A DNA stretch of 64,000 bases from Oscillospiraceae bacterium. GTDB taxonomy: Bacteria; Bacillota; Clostridia; Oscillospirales; UBA929. Position numbers and translations under genes: made by a program. Under the pieces are notes generated by a model. The model saw only the letters and a list, made by a program, of their open reading frames with translations. It was not told the DNA's origin and ran no database searches. How positions within the stretch are numbered: the first letter of the stretch is position 1; each line of letters opens with the position of its first letter. Where the stretch lies: positions 5,863-69,862 of the forward strand of contig WRLU01000006.1 in assembly GCA_009777475.1 (NCBI GenBank), in the 5' to 3' direction. This document shows positions 8,466-18,404 of the stretch, in pieces.

Positions 8466-9220
8466 CTGCCGCCCTCCGCGATTTCAGCCGCTAAGGCATC
8501 ATAAGCCGCCGCACCGCGTGAAGCAGGGTCGTATGCCTGCACCGGCATTCCGTGACTAGGAGCCTCCGAAAGCCGGACATTTCGCGGGACGGTTGTGCAA
8601 TAGACCTTGCCGGGAAAAAATCTTTTGATTTGCTCTGCCACCTGAAATGTGAGGTTAATCCGGGAATCAAACATTGTAAGAAGTACACCCTCTATCTCAA
8701 GCGAACTGTTGAGTCCGCTTGAACGGACAATCCTAACAGTGTGAAGCAATTCCTTCAACCCCTCCAAGGCGTAGTATTCGCATTGTACCGGAATCAGAAA
8801 GCTGTCTGCCGCGCATAGGGCATTCAATGACAACAGCCCCAGTGAGGGGGGGCAATCTATCAAAATATAGTCGTATAGATCCTTAAGCCGGATAAGAACC
8901 TTTGCCAGGCAGTACTCTCTTTCAGGCAATTGAACCATTTCAATATCGGCTCCCGCCAGGTTTCTGCCAGCGGGCATAACATCACAAAATTGTGTGTTAT
9001 GCACAGCACTTTTAGGGTCAATCGGTCTGATTACCGCATCATATGACCCGGGTGCTGTGTTTTGAGAAACCCCCAGCCCCGAGGTGGCGTTCCCCTGGGG
9101 ATCAAAGTCACACAAAAGCACCTTTTTACCCCGCCTGTGCAATCCAAACGCAATGTTGACACAACTTGTTGTTTTGCCAACCCCGCCCTTTTGATTGAAT
9201 ATAGCTATAATTTTTCCCAT
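8459..9220 (-). CDS. parA: Chromosome partitioning ATPase ParA/Soj
   Basis: Deviant Walker A in MGKIIAIFNQKGGVGKTT; 253 aa. Confidence 0.93.
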   Translation of the reverse strand: MGKIIAIFNQKGGVGKTTSCVNIAFGLHRRGKKVLLCDFDPQGNATSGLGVSQNTAPGSYDAVIRPIDPKSAVHNTQFCDVMPAGRNLAGADIEMVQLPEREYCLAKVLIRLKDLYDYILIDCPPSLGLLSLNALCAADSFLIPVQCEYYALEGLKELLHTVRIVRSSGLNSSLEIEGVLLTMFDSRINLTFQVAEQIKRFFPGKVYCTTVPRNVRLSEAPSHGMPVQAYDPASRGAAAYDALAAEIAEGGSC

Positions 9221-9398
9221 GGTTCATCCCCTCGCGCTATGCCTAAATTATTATTGTATGCAGCCACTTACTACGGTATGATAACATATGCAAATAAAAA
9301 AAACAACCCGGAATAATTAGACCTTCACGGAAATTAAATGGTGTGCTATTTTTTCAACGCCGCTTTCTCGTGTCAACCTCATATATTGCGACGTATAT

Positions 9399-9442
9399 AC
9401 AAGCAAAATGAATGTTTCACGTGAAACATTCATTTTGCTTGT
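9399..9442. repeat. 44-bp perfect palindrome (22+22, no loop) that contains the parS core
   Basis: ACAAGCAAAATGAATGTTTCAC|GTGAAACATTCATTTTGCTTGT read directly from the sequence. Confidence 0.9.
9413..9428. promoter_or_regulatory. parS: parS centromere-like site (ParB binding)
   Basis: Exact palindromic 16-mer TGTTTCACGTGAAACA, matching the Firmicute parS consensus TGTTNCACGTGAAACA, about 190 nt upstream of parA. Confidence 0.85.
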
Positions 9443-9563
9443 CGGTATTATGTAGACTAAACCATCTCGGAGGTGCCGGGCAGTAAGCCGTTCATTCCGC
9501 GGCTAAGTGAAGCCAGGTATAAACTAGCCGATTTTTTTGGGTGTAACGGATGTTTTTCCACGT

Positions 9564-10751
9564 CTATGGGACTGCAATCATAACCCCTATTTCTTCAAGG
9601 CATTCTGCTTCCAGCTTCCCTCTAAAAACAGCCCCTTCCGTGTCACAGCTCATCTCACTGCGGAGAATTTTTCCGTCTTTACTGTCATTATCTATTTCCA
9701 AGCTTAAAGAATTTTCTAACGAGCGGGACAATAGCGTTTCAGCTAATTCTTCATCCACCCGATAATTAACCGGTGTGTACTCGGCATAAATCTCCTCAAC
9801 CAGAGTAAGTGGAAATGTAAGCTCGCCGGGAACAGTCAGGGAAGATGACGTTTTAATTTTGTCGTAAAATTCAAAAGGAGTGAAGGGTTCAAAACTTAAG
9901 GGGATTTTTTTTCCAGTGACAATGAGGTATTTATATTCCTTGCTTTTGCCGCTATATTGCTTGCCTTGCGCCGTGGCAGGGAGTACCGCTTCTAGCTCAT
10001 ACCAGGTACGGGCAGTTATATCCGCGTGAGCGTGTACCAGCCGAATCCCCATGGTTTCGGAATCGATGATCCCTGAAACTATTAAATCGCCGGCTTCAAC
10101 CAGGTCGCCCTCAAAAGCCTTTGAAGAACCCTCCATAGCATCAACCTGAGTGATAAGGCCGCTTTTGGCGGCAACAACATTTGTAGGTATATCTTTAGGG
10201 ATTATTTCCGGTTTTTCCTTTCTTTCACGCGCCACCACATGGGCACGGCTGCCGCTGACGTTGACAGTAATCCAGGCCAGCTTGTCTAATTTTTCCAACA
10301 TTTGATTTCTGATGGATACAATGTCAACGTCCCTCACAGGAGAGCCTGTTTTTATGCCGGCCTCACTAAGCGCGCTTAGTATCTCCTCTTGGGTAAGCAC
10401 CTCGTTGCCCTCTACGTCAAACCTCCAGATGTACCGGCTCGAAATCAGCAAAGCAGCGAGACAAAAAACTAAGGAACCTATCAACGCCCAACGATGCTTA
10501 AACCCAGAAAGGAAAAACGGCACGCCGCGTTTTCTCTTTTCGGCTAAATTACACCCGGATTTTTCGGCTAGCCTTTTTGCTTTACGCAAATCCTTGGCGT
10601 TTAGAACTGCCTCCATCCGATGTTCTCCAAGAGTCCGGACAGACCAAAAGGCGATCCCATGCTGAGTGCATATATTGACAAAGCGTTCAGGGAAATCTCC
10701 TACCGCCTCAACCTTTACAAACCCTTGCAGATGATTTACAATTTTATTCAC
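9564..10751 (-). CDS. yqfD: Sporulation protein YqfD
   Basis: About 395 aa with one central TM helix (WALIGSLVFCLAALLI) and YqfD-like layout, directly after yqfC. Preferred start is GTG 10751 (GGGAGG 6 nt upstream); the track start is 10772. Confidence 0.85.
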   Translation of the reverse strand: MNKIVNHLQGFVKVEAVGDFPERFVNICTQHGIAFWSVRTLGEHRMEAVLNAKDLRKAKRLAEKSGCNLAEKRKRGVPFFLSGFKHRWALIGSLVFCLAALLISSRYIWRFDVEGNEVLTQEEILSALSEAGIKTGSPVRDVDIVSIRNQMLEKLDKLAWITVNVSGSRAHVVARERKEKPEIIPKDIPTNVVAAKSGLITQVDAMEGSSKAFEGDLVEAGDLIVSGIIDSETMGIRLVHAHADITARTWYELEAVLPATAQGKQYSGKSKEYKYLIVTGKKIPLSFEPFTPFEFYDKIKTSSSLTVPGELTFPLTLVEEIYAEYTPVNYRVDEELAETLLSRSLENSLSLEIDNDSKDGKILRSEMSCDTEGAVFRGKLEAECLEEIGVMIAVP

Positions 10752-10776
10752 AATATACCTCCCATGGTGCACATTA

Positions 10777-11046
10777 TCAAAAAATGAATTCTAATTTAAG
10801 CAGCAGCCCCTCTAGCCGCAGCTCGCGCGCCGTCATGGCTCGTATTACAAAATCCTCGCCGGTCAGCTTGACAGACCCCTCGCCGCAGCTTATATGTATC
10901 TCCTCCAAGCCGTATTCTAAAAGGCCGTGGTGGTTTTCAATATAAATTTCTCGTACTCCTACAAGCTCAATCTTGGTCAGCCCTGCCATAACCTCCCCGG
11001 GCATATCCATCCGGCGTACAGCCTTCCCCCAAAACCCCTCTTTCAT
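10777..11046 (-). CDS. yqfC: Sporulation protein YqfC (YabP family)
   Basis: About 89 aa with KIELVGVREIYIENHHGLLEY and ELRLEGLLLKLEF. ATG 11046 has GAGGTG 6 nt upstream. Confidence 0.85.
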   Translation of the reverse strand: MKEGFWGKAVRRMDMPGEVMAGLTKIELVGVREIYIENHHGLLEYGLEEIHISCGEGSVKLTGEDFVIRAMTARELRLEGLLLKLEFIF

Positions 11047-11150
11047 AACCAACACCTCATATCAAGCTATGCAAAAGAGCTTTCCGCTATGCACGTCAAT
11101 GCAGAAAAGTCACGGCGTAAATCGTATGCTGAATCGCATAAAAATAGTGC

Positions 11151-11179
11151 TTGACTTATTGTTTGACGTTTGTTATTAT
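11151..11179 (+). promoter_or_regulatory. Sigma-A-type promoter for ptsH
   Basis: TTGACT, 17 nt, TATTAT, about 35 nt upstream of the ptsH ATG. Confidence 0.6.
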
Positions 11180-11214
11180 GAAGGCACGCAATTTGAGAAA
11201 GGGTGTGTTTCAGT

Positions 11215-11478
11215 ATGTATCAAAGGGAAGTAGTTGTCAGTAATCAGGTAGGGTTACACGCTCGTCCGGCCACTTTTTTCATCCAAAAGGCCAACGAGTT
11301 CGCCTGCAGTATCTGGGTGGAAAAGGAAGACCGCAAGGTTAACGCCAAAAGTCTTCTTGGTGTCTTGAGCCTTGGAATTATCAAGGAGACGAGCATCAGC
11401 ATCATAGCCGACGGGCAGGATGAGGAAGCCGCAGTTAACGCTTTGTGCGACTTGATTTCCTCAGAGTCTTTTGAGTAA
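11215..11478 (+). CDS. ptsH: Phosphocarrier protein HPr
   Basis: GLHARPA (His15 site) and NAKSLLGVLSLG (Ser46 site). The start is trimmed to ATG 11215. Confidence 0.9.
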   Translation: MYQREVVVSNQVGLHARPATFFIQKANEFACSIWVEKEDRKVNAKSLLGVLSLGIIKETSISIIADGQDEEAAVNALCDLISSESFE

Positions 11479-11552
11479 AAGCAGAAAAGCCTTGCCTAAA
11501 AACAGTTTTTCTTATAAACGGACCGGAACGTTTGAGCATTGAGCGTCAGATT

Positions 11553-11580
11553 CCGGCACTGCATATGGCGGTGCCGGCTT
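11553..11580 (+). terminator. Weak stem-loop after ptsH
   Basis: CCGGCAC, 11-nt loop, GTGCCGG, then CTTTGGTGTT. The T tract is poor. Confidence 0.35.
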
Positions 11581-11608
11581 TGGTGTTGGCTGATGCTGAG
11601 GTACTAAA

Positions 11609-13429
11609 ATGGAACATTTGGAGCATCTGAGAAAAAAAGCCCTTGGGCTTCCCGAAACACCTGGTGTTTACCTGATGTTAGATAAAAAAGGCTCTGTGAT
11701 TTATGTTGGAAAAGCCAAGCGGCTTAAGCACAGGGTCATTTCCTATTTTCAGTCAGGTGGCATCCAAGACCTTAAAACCCGGCGGTTAGTTACAAATATT
11801 GCGGATTTTGACACTATCGCCACACAAAGTGAGTTTGAGTCGCTTGTGTTAGAGTGCAGCCTGATAAAGTGCCATCAGCCCAAGTACAATATTCTGCTCA
11901 AGGATGGCAAAGGGTATCCCTTTATCCGTCTGCCTAAGGAGCCGTATCCTTCACTCACCGTATCACACAAGCCGGCAAAGGATTCCGCCAGGTACTTCGG
12001 GCCATATGGAGGGACAAGGCTGACCCATCAGGTTATCGAGGCGGTTTGTCAGGCTTTGCGCCTACCTGTTTGCGGCAAGGCTTTTCCTCGTGATATAGGC
12101 AAAGAGCGCCCCTGCCTGCAGTACCACATGAATTGCTGTATCGGTGTATGCAACGGAGATGTATCCCCGGAGGCCTATGCCGTACTTATCCGAAAAGCGG
12201 TAATGCTGCTTGAAGGCAAAACCCCTGGGCTTTTGCGCGAGCTAGAAATTGAAATGAATGAATTGGCTCAAAATCTGGCGTTTGAGGCAGCAGGCTTAAT
12301 CAGGGATGAAATAAGGTCACTTGAGGCCTTGAGCCGTCGTCAGCTTGTGGTGGGCAGTTCGATGGCAGATACTGATGCTATTGCCGTATGCGGCGATGGC
12401 AACCGTGCCGTTGCTGTTGTCCTCCATTTTATGGACGGCAATTTGATTGCGAAGGATTGCGAGGTCATTCGTCGTGAGGGTGCTGAGGATGATATTTTGT
12501 CGTCCTTTGTGACACAATACTATATGTTGAGGGATAGTGTCCCTCGTCATGTTCTTTTATCTCACCCAATTGAGGACAAAGAGCTTTTGGAAGCGTTTTT
12601 TAAGGAAAGGGGCTCTATGGTAACCTTCTTCCTCCCCCAGAAAGGCAAAAAGCGTCAGCTTATAGCCCTGGCACTTGACAATGCACGAAAAACCCTTGAA
12701 CAAACCGCCTCGCGAGAGGAAAAAACACTTGCCCTCTTGAACGAGCTTCAAAGGCTGCTGGAGTTGCCGCACCCTCCGAGGCGCATTGAGGCAGTGGATA
12801 TATCCAACACCGGAAACAGCGAACGAGTAGGTGTGCTGGCTTGCTTCCAAGACGGTAGGCCACTGAAAAAAGCCTACCGTCATTTTACCATCAAGGATAT
12901 CTCAATTGCCGATGACCTTCACTCCATGCAAGAGCTTTTGACCCGCCGTTTTTCCCGGTTGAAAAACGGTGACATGGGGTTTGAAATCCTGCCTGACTTG
13001 CTTTTGGCAGATGGCGGCAAGGCACACGCCGCTATGGCAGAAAGAGTTTTTCGGGAGCTAGGGCTTAATATTCCGGCATTCGGAATGGTAAAGGACAGCC
13101 GCCACCGCACACGCGCCATTATATCTCCTGACGGCAGGGAGGCCGGGCTAGAGGCTAACCCTGCGCTGTTTGCCCTGATTGGGCGCATTCAGGAGGAAAC
13201 GCACAATGCCGCCTTTTCCTTTCACCAAAAACGCCGCTCCTCCTTTACAAGCGAACTTGACAAAATTCCAGGAATAGGTCCCGCCCGGAGACAGGCATTG
13301 CTCAAAAGGTTCAAAAGCATCAAGAGGGTTAGGGCGGCACCCTTTGAGGAGTTGCGGGAGGTTTTAGGCGAGAGTGCCGCCAGGGCAGCTGTTGAATATT
13401 TCGGACAGCCTGAATCCAATGAAGGATAG
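11609..13429 (+). CDS. uvrC: Excinuclease ABC subunit C
   Basis: 606 aa with the GIY-YIG N-terminus PGVYLMLDKKGSVIYVGKAKRLKHRV and a C-terminal HhH. Confidence 0.95.
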   Translation: MEHLEHLRKKALGLPETPGVYLMLDKKGSVIYVGKAKRLKHRVISYFQSGGIQDLKTRRLVTNIADFDTIATQSEFESLVLECSLIKCHQPKYNILLKDGKGYPFIRLPKEPYPSLTVSHKPAKDSARYFGPYGGTRLTHQVIEAVCQALRLPVCGKAFPRDIGKERPCLQYHMNCCIGVCNGDVSPEAYAVLIRKAVMLLEGKTPGLLRELEIEMNELAQNLAFEAAGLIRDEIRSLEALSRRQLVVGSSMADTDAIAVCGDGNRAVAVVLHFMDGNLIAKDCEVIRREGAEDDILSSFVTQYYMLRDSVPRHVLLSHPIEDKELLEAFFKERGSMVTFFLPQKGKKRQLIALALDNARKTLEQTASREEKTLALLNELQRLLELPHPPRRIEAVDISNTGNSERVGVLACFQDGRPLKKAYRHFTIKDISIADDLHSMQELLTRRFSRLKNGDMGFEILPDLLLADGGKAHAAMAERVFRELGLNIPAFGMVKDSRHRTRAIISPDGREAGLEANPALFALIGRIQEETHNAAFSFHQKRRSSFTSELDKIPGIGPARRQALLKRFKSIKRVRAAPFEELREVLGESAARAAVEYFGQPESNEG

Positions 13430-13484
13430 ATGGCAAGGGAACTAATTACGCCAGCGCGGGCGGCTTTCGAGGAGGTATCAATTT

Positions 13485-14024
13485 ATGAGAATCATCACAG
13501 GCACTGCCCGGGGACGCAAGCTAAAAGCCCCTATTGGGGCAGATACCCGCCCAAGCTCCGACAGAATTAAAGAGAATATGTTTAACATCCTTCATTTTCA
13601 TTTGGAAGGCAGGAGGGTTTTAGATCTCTTTGCGGGAAGCGGCCAGCTTGGCCTGGAGGCATTGAGCCGTGGGGCAGCAAGGTGTGTTTTTGTAGACAAC
13701 AATGCCGGAGCTTTGCAGTCAATCAGGGAAAATCTTGCCCATACTCGTCTGCTGGGAGGGGAGGTAGTTGCTTGCGATGCAGTGAAATTTATTGACGGAA
13801 ATCCGGAAAAGTATGATATAATACTTCTGGATCCGCCATACCGTGCTGGGCTATTTTGGAAAACTCTTGAAGCAATCACTGAAAACGACATTTTACACCC
13901 GGGAGGGCTGATTTTAGCCGAATGCGCCTCTGATGAAGCGGTTTTTGAGGCCCCCTCCCCATACTTCCTGCAAAAGAGCTACAACTACGGCTCAAAAAAA
14001 ATTGTACTCTACACAAGGCAATAG
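13485..14024 (+). CDS. rsmD: 16S rRNA (guanine966-N2)-methyltransferase RsmD
   Basis: MRIITGTARGRKLKAP..TRPSSDRIKENMFNIL, then DLFAGSG and LLDPPY. Confidence 0.9.
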   Translation: MRIITGTARGRKLKAPIGADTRPSSDRIKENMFNILHFHLEGRRVLDLFAGSGQLGLEALSRGAARCVFVDNNAGALQSIRENLAHTRLLGGEVVACDAVKFIDGNPEKYDIILLDPPYRAGLFWKTLEAITENDILHPGGLILAECASDEAVFEAPSPYFLQKSYNYGSKKIVLYTRQ

Positions 14025-14070
14025 GGGCGGGTGTAATTTGCCCCATATAGGCTGACTATGGAGGTGTTTA

Positions 14071-14568
14071 GTGTTGAAAACGGCAATCTACCCAGGAAGC
14101 TTTGACCCGGTAACCTTAGGCCATCTTGATATTGCCGAACGTGCATCTAAAATTTTTGACAGGGTGATTGTCACTGTTATGGAAAATCGCCGCAAAAAGT
14201 GCTGGTTTTCCCTCGAACAGAGGATGGGTATGCTGAAAAAGTCCACAGCACATATTCCCAATATCTCAATTGACCGGTCGGATATTCTCTTGGCAGATTA
14301 CTGCTCCGGCAAGGGCGATGTGGTCGTAATCAAGGGCTTGCGGGCACTTTCCGACTTTGAGCTGGAGTTCCAAATGGCTTTGATAAACCGTAAGCTCAAC
14401 GCCCGGCTTGACACCTTGTTTTTAACCACCGGGGAGCGTTTCCAGTACCTAAGCTCCAGCGTAATAAAAGAAATCTGCACCTTAGGCGGCGATGTTTCGG
14501 AATTTATCCCGCGTGAGATTTACGATGATGTATCCCGATGCTCACGCCATCACAAAGAAAAAGTATAA
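14071..14568 (+). CDS. coaD: Phosphopantetheine adenylyltransferase
   Basis: AIYPGSFDPVTLGHLDI (the nucleotidyltransferase H/TxGH motif); 165 aa. Confidence 0.93.
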   Translation: MLKTAIYPGSFDPVTLGHLDIAERASKIFDRVIVTVMENRRKKCWFSLEQRMGMLKKSTAHIPNISIDRSDILLADYCSGKGDVVVIKGLRALSDFELEFQMALINRKLNARLDTLFLTTGERFQYLSSSVIKEICTLGGDVSEFIPREIYDDVSRCSRHHKEKV

Positions 14569-14607
14569 TACTCGGGCAATGCCCGGTTAAAAAAGGAGAG
14601 ATTTACA

Positions 14608-15069
14608 ATGCCGCATGGTATCGAGGAGTCTTTAACTCTTCTGAGGGAGACAATTGAAGAATCGTTTACCCTTCCCTTTGGACGCGACAAGACCTTTGTA
14701 GACAAGGACAAGTGCCTTGGTCTTATTGACGAAATTTTAAGTACGTTGCCGGGGGAGATTAAGCAGGCACGTCACATTACCGCAAACAGGGAAGATATGA
14801 TTGAGGCAAGCAAAAGGGAGTCTGAAGCGATCATCCGCTCTGCCCGGGAGCAGGCAAAGCGAATGATAAGTGAGCAGGAAATTTTGCGCGAGGCAAAGCG
14901 TCAGGCGGCTGAAGTAAGGGCTCAGGCAGAAGCTAAAAAAAGAGAGCTACAGCGCAGCACCAACGAATATGTGGAAACGCGGTTGATAGCCGCCGAAAAG
15001 TCGGTTAGCACCTCCCTAAATGAGCTGCGTCAGGCGCGAAATGATTTGCGCAATACCGCCAGAAAGTAA
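14608..15069 (+). CDS. Coiled-coil protein of unknown function (V-ATPase subunit G/H-like charged helix)
   Basis: 153 aa with a long K/E/R/A-rich helical segment (EAIIRSAREQAKRMISEQEILREAKRQAAEVRAQAEAKKRELQ). GGAGAG RBS. Confidence 0.5.
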   Translation: MPHGIEESLTLLRETIEESFTLPFGRDKTFVDKDKCLGLIDEILSTLPGEIKQARHITANREDMIEASKRESEAIIRSAREQAKRMISEQEILREAKRQAAEVRAQAEAKKRELQRSTNEYVETRLIAAEKSVSTSLNELRQARNDLRNTARK

Positions 15070-15301
15070 TACTCTGTTTCCCCTGGGCTGAACTGTTTGG
15101 AATTCGAGTGATTTTTTCGTCAGGCAAGGCGAAATTTAGCAAATGTGCCTGCATCAGGCAAGGGATTTCAGCGAGGTGTGATGGGAAATCCGGCGAAGGG
15201 TGGGTGCCGGGAGGATGATGGAACAGATTCTAAAAAGGGGGCAGTGTCACCTCTGCAATAGTCCCCTCTTTCGGCTAAGTATGCCCGGAATGAAAATTTG
15301 C

Positions 15302-15330
15302 TTGCACAAAATGACGAAAGAGTATACAAT
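15302..15330 (+). promoter_or_regulatory. Sigma-A-type promoter for lon
   Basis: TTGCAC, 17 nt, TACAAT. Confidence 0.55.
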
Positions 15331-15361
15331 GGGGAAGTAATCCTGATATGTAGTAGGAGAT

Positions 15362-17677
15362 ATGCTTATGCTGTTGCCAATAATAGCCTTGCGGGGACTG
15401 ACTGTTTTTCCTGAAATGTATATACACTTTGATCTTGGGCGACAAAAGTCCGGGTTGGCACTGGATGAGGCTATGCGTGGAAACCAGATGGTTTTTTTGG
15501 TAGCACAACGCGATGTCCGTACCGATGATCCTGATTTACACGAGCTATTTTCAGTTGGTGCCGTTTCGCAAATACGCCAGATTCTCCGGTTACCGAGTGA
15601 TAATGCCCGGGTTTTGGCGGAAGGCAGACACCGTGCCATTTTGAAAACCCTTGTTAAAAGTGAACCCTATCCGGCAGCTGAGGTTGAAATACTGCGCGAT
15701 AAGCCTGGGCGGATTCCTAGGGTGCGTCAAGATGCCCTGTTGCGGGCGATAAGGGGGCTTTTGGAGGAATATATATCTCTTCAGCCCCGCGTGTCGCCTG
15801 AAATCCTGCTAAAAACGGAAGAACTAGGCGACCCGGGTCACATTGCCGATTACATTGCACAAAATATTCCCATACGCCACTCTGAAAAGCAGGAAATTTT
15901 AGAGCTGTCTTCACCCTACAGGCGGCTGGAACGGTTGTATGTGATACTGACCTCTGAAAACGATGTTTTAAGTACGGAGAATGAAATACGGTCAAAGCTC
16001 CAGGATCGGCTTAACAAAAATCAGAGGGAGTATTATTTGAAGGAGCAAATCAAAACCATTCAGCAAGAGCTTGGCGAAGACGAGGACATGGAGAGCGAAT
16101 CGGAGCAATATATAGAAAAAATCGGAAAATTGCAACTTTCCCCGGAGACATCCGTCAAGCTTATTAAGGAGGCGCGGAGATTGGCGCGGCTCTCCTCGTC
16201 CTCCCCGGAAACTGCCCTTGCCCGCACATATTTAGACACATGCCTTGAAATGCCATGGAATAAATACACTAAAGACAGATTAGATATTCCGGCAGTAGAA
16301 AGGGTTCTTAATGCAGACCATTTCGGGTTGACTAAAATCAAAGAGCGTATATTGGAGTTTTTATCGGTCAAGCGTTTAGCCCCCGATGTTAAAGGGCAGA
16401 TTTTATGCCTTGTAGGACCTCCCGGCGTTGGCAAGACCTCCGTTGCACTCTCAATAGCCCGGGCGGCAAAACGCAAATACGCACGCCTTTCTCTGGGCGG
16501 CATACGAGACGAGGCAGATATACGTGGCCACCGGAAAACCTATATTGGAGCGATGCCGGGCAGGATTGTCAACGCGTTGCGTCAGGCCGGCAGTAAAAAC
16601 GCCCTGATACTTTTAGATGAGATTGACAAATTAGGTTCCGACAGTAGAGGCGACCCCGCCTCTGCCCTGCTGGAGGTTTTAGATCCCGAGCAAAATTCCT
16701 CATTTCGTGACCATTATTTGGAGGTTCCATTTGACCTTTCGGATGTGCTGTTCATCACCACAGCCAACACCACTGAAACCATCCCTCGTCCATTGCTTGA
16801 CAGGATGGAGGTATTAGAGCTTACCAGCTACACAGACAGCGAAAAGCTCGAAATCGCCAAGCGTCACCTTATTCCCAAGCAACTGAAAAAACATGGGTTG
16901 ACCCGGGCTAATTTGACATTTGCCCCCGGAGGCCTGCGTGAAATAATCAGCGGTTATACCCGAGAATCAGGGGTGCGTGTGCTTGAACGCAAAATTGCCG
17001 CTGTTTGCCGCAAGACCGCCAAGCGAATAGCCGAAGGGGAAACAGCCAAGGCATCAATTACCGCAGGTACTGCCAGCGGCTTTTTGGGTGTCCGCAAATA
17101 CAAGCCCGAATCATCACGCCCCGGGAATGAGGTCGGCGTAGCCAACGGCTTGGCATGGACTTGCGTTGGCGGCGAGCTTTTGGAGGTTGAGGTCGGCATA
17201 ATGGAGGGCAGCGGCAAGATTGACCTGACGGGGAACTTGGGGGATGTGATGAAGGAATCGTCAAAGGCAGCACTGACTTATATCCGCGAGCGTTCCGAGT
17301 CGCTCGGAATTGAAAAGGATTTTTATAAAACCAAGGATATGCATATCCATTTCCCCGAAGGCGCAACGCCTAAAGACGGCCCTTCTGCCGGTATTACCAT
17401 GGCACTTGCTATGGCTTCCGCCCTGTCCGGCAGGCCTGTGCGCCAGGATATAGCTATGACAGGGGAGATTACCCTGCGGGGCAGGGTGCTCCCTATAGGC
17501 GGCTTGAAGGAAAAGACCATGGCGGCATTTCGCGCCGGCATAAAAACAGTGATTATCCCCGAGGGTAACGAAAAGGATTTGCCTGATATTGATCCAAGTG
17601 TTAAAAACTCTTTGAGCTTTGTATTGGCAGGGCATATGGACAAGGTCCTGGAAACGGGGTTTTGTACGGCTGATTAG
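15362..17677 (+). CDS. lon: ATP-dependent Lon protease (LonA)
   Basis: 771 aa with Walker [10 protein letters not shown] and the protease site [15 protein letters not shown] 15368 is an alternative start. Confidence 0.95.
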   Translation: MLMLLPIIALRGLTVFPEMYIHFDLGRQKSGLALDEAMRGNQMVFLVAQRDVRTDDPDLHELFSVGAVSQIRQILRLPSDNARVLAEGRHRAILKTLVKSEPYPAAEVEILRDKPGRIPRVRQDALLRAIRGLLEEYISLQPRVSPEILLKTEELGDPGHIADYIAQNIPIRHSEKQEILELSSPYRRLERLYVILTSENDVLSTENEIRSKLQDRLNKNQREYYLKEQIKTIQQELGEDEDMESESEQYIEKIGKLQLSPETSVKLIKEARRLARLSSSSPETALARTYLDTCLEMPWNKYTKDRLDIPAVERVLNADHFGLTKIKERILEFLSVKRLAPDVKGQILCLVGPPGVGKTSVALSIARAAKRKYARLSLGGIRDEADIRGHRKTYIGAMPGRIVNALRQAGSKNALILLDEIDKLGSDSRGDPASALLEVLDPEQNSSFRDHYLEVPFDLSDVLFITTANTTETIPRPLLDRMEVLELTSYTDSEKLEIAKRHLIPKQLKKHGLTRANLTFAPGGLREIISGYTRESGVRVLERKIAAVCRKTAKRIAEGETAKASITAGTASGFLGVRKYKPESSRPGNEVGVANGLAWTCVGGELLEVEVGIMEGSGKIDLTGNLGDVMKESSKAALTYIRERSESLGIEKDFYKTKDMHIHFPEGATPKDGPSAGITMALAMASALSGRPVRQDIAMTGEITLRGRVLPIGGLKEKTMAAFRAGIKTVIIPEGNEKDLPDIDPSVKNSLSFVLAGHMDKVLETGFCTAD

Positions 17678-17752
17678 GAATAGTGTTTAAGGCTCGTAGC
17701 CTTTGGTGTCCTTTGGTGTAATTTATTTGTAGTTTTTGAGAACAAACAAAGG

Positions 17753-17781
17753 TTGAGCTTCAGTTGTGTTTGTGCTACAAT
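17753..17781 (+). promoter_or_regulatory. Sigma-A-type promoter (extended -10) for engB-lysA
   Basis: TTGAGC, 17 nt, TGcTACAAT. Confidence 0.6.
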
Positions 17782-17806
17782 GACGGATATGGGGTGGTGA
17801 GATTTT

Positions 17807-18385
17807 TTGAAGGCTGAGTTTATACTATCTGCCGCCGCAGAGAGGCAGTTTATCCGGGATGATAAGGCTAAAATCGTTTTTGCGGGGCGGTCGAATGTAG
17901 GGAAAAGCTCAGTAATCAATCGGCTGACCGGACGAAAAACGCTCGCAAAGGTAGGAAATTCCCCGGGGAAAACTAAATTTGTGAATTATTTTTTGATAGA
18001 GGATAAATTTTATTTTGTAGATTTGCCGGGTTATGGGTACGCTAAGGTGTCTAAGGGGGAAAAGGACCGTTGGGCGGAACTCATTGACGGTTATTTCCAA
18101 GAAGCCGGGCAGATCACTCTGGGGGTTATGATTGTTGACATCCGCCACCGGCCAAGCAGGCAGGATAAAACAATGGCGGAATATTTCCAGCAAACATGCC
18201 TGCCTTTGATGGTTATCGCCAATAAATCGGACAAGCTGAAGCTCTCGCAGATACAGCACTCCCTCGACTGCATAAGGGAAACGTTGGTTCTTGACCCGGC
18301 TGTTCCGCTTATCCCATTTTCCTGCGAGAAGGGTAACGGTAAGGAGGTTGCTGTAGGAGAAATTATAAAATTCATAAAAAAATAA
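17807..18385 (+). CDS. engB: Ribosome-biogenesis GTPase EngB/YsxC
   Basis: IVFAGRSNVGKSSVINRL (G1) and DLPGYGYA (G3). The conserved lon-ysxC neighbourhood is present. TTG start. Confidence 0.9.
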   Translation: MKAEFILSAAAERQFIRDDKAKIVFAGRSNVGKSSVINRLTGRKTLAKVGNSPGKTKFVNYFLIEDKFYFVDLPGYGYAKVSKGEKDRWAELIDGYFQEAGQITLGVMIVDIRHRPSRQDKTMAEYFQQTCLPLMVIANKSDKLKLSQIQHSLDCIRETLVLDPAVPLIPFSCEKGNGKEVAVGEIIKFIKK

Positions 18386-18404
18386 TTAAAAAGGATGGTT
18401 ATTT

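Noticed and set aside
9399-9442. The 44-bp palindrome considered as a rho-independent terminator of yqfD.
   Set aside because: There is no loop and no flanking U tract on either strand, and the centre is an exact parS consensus. It is therefore reported as parS plus extended arms.
11056-11150. Sigma-E-type sporulation promoter upstream of yqfC (CATACGAT-like and GCATA-like elements on the minus strand).
   Set aside because: The matches are partial and the spacing is ambiguous. I cannot support a call without a position-weight-matrix scan or TSS data.
11047-11214. Divergent strand switch (minus-strand block to the left, plus-strand block to the right), considered as a replication origin.
   Set aside because: I found no DnaA-box-like TTATCCACA motifs, no dnaA or dnaN nearby, and several later minus-strand genes break any replichore-wide pattern.
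15247-15639. 130-aa minus-strand ORF across the lon promoter and 5' end.
   Set aside because: It is antisense to the strongly supported lon gene and its promoter, and it has an arginine/serine-rich composition typical of antisense frames.
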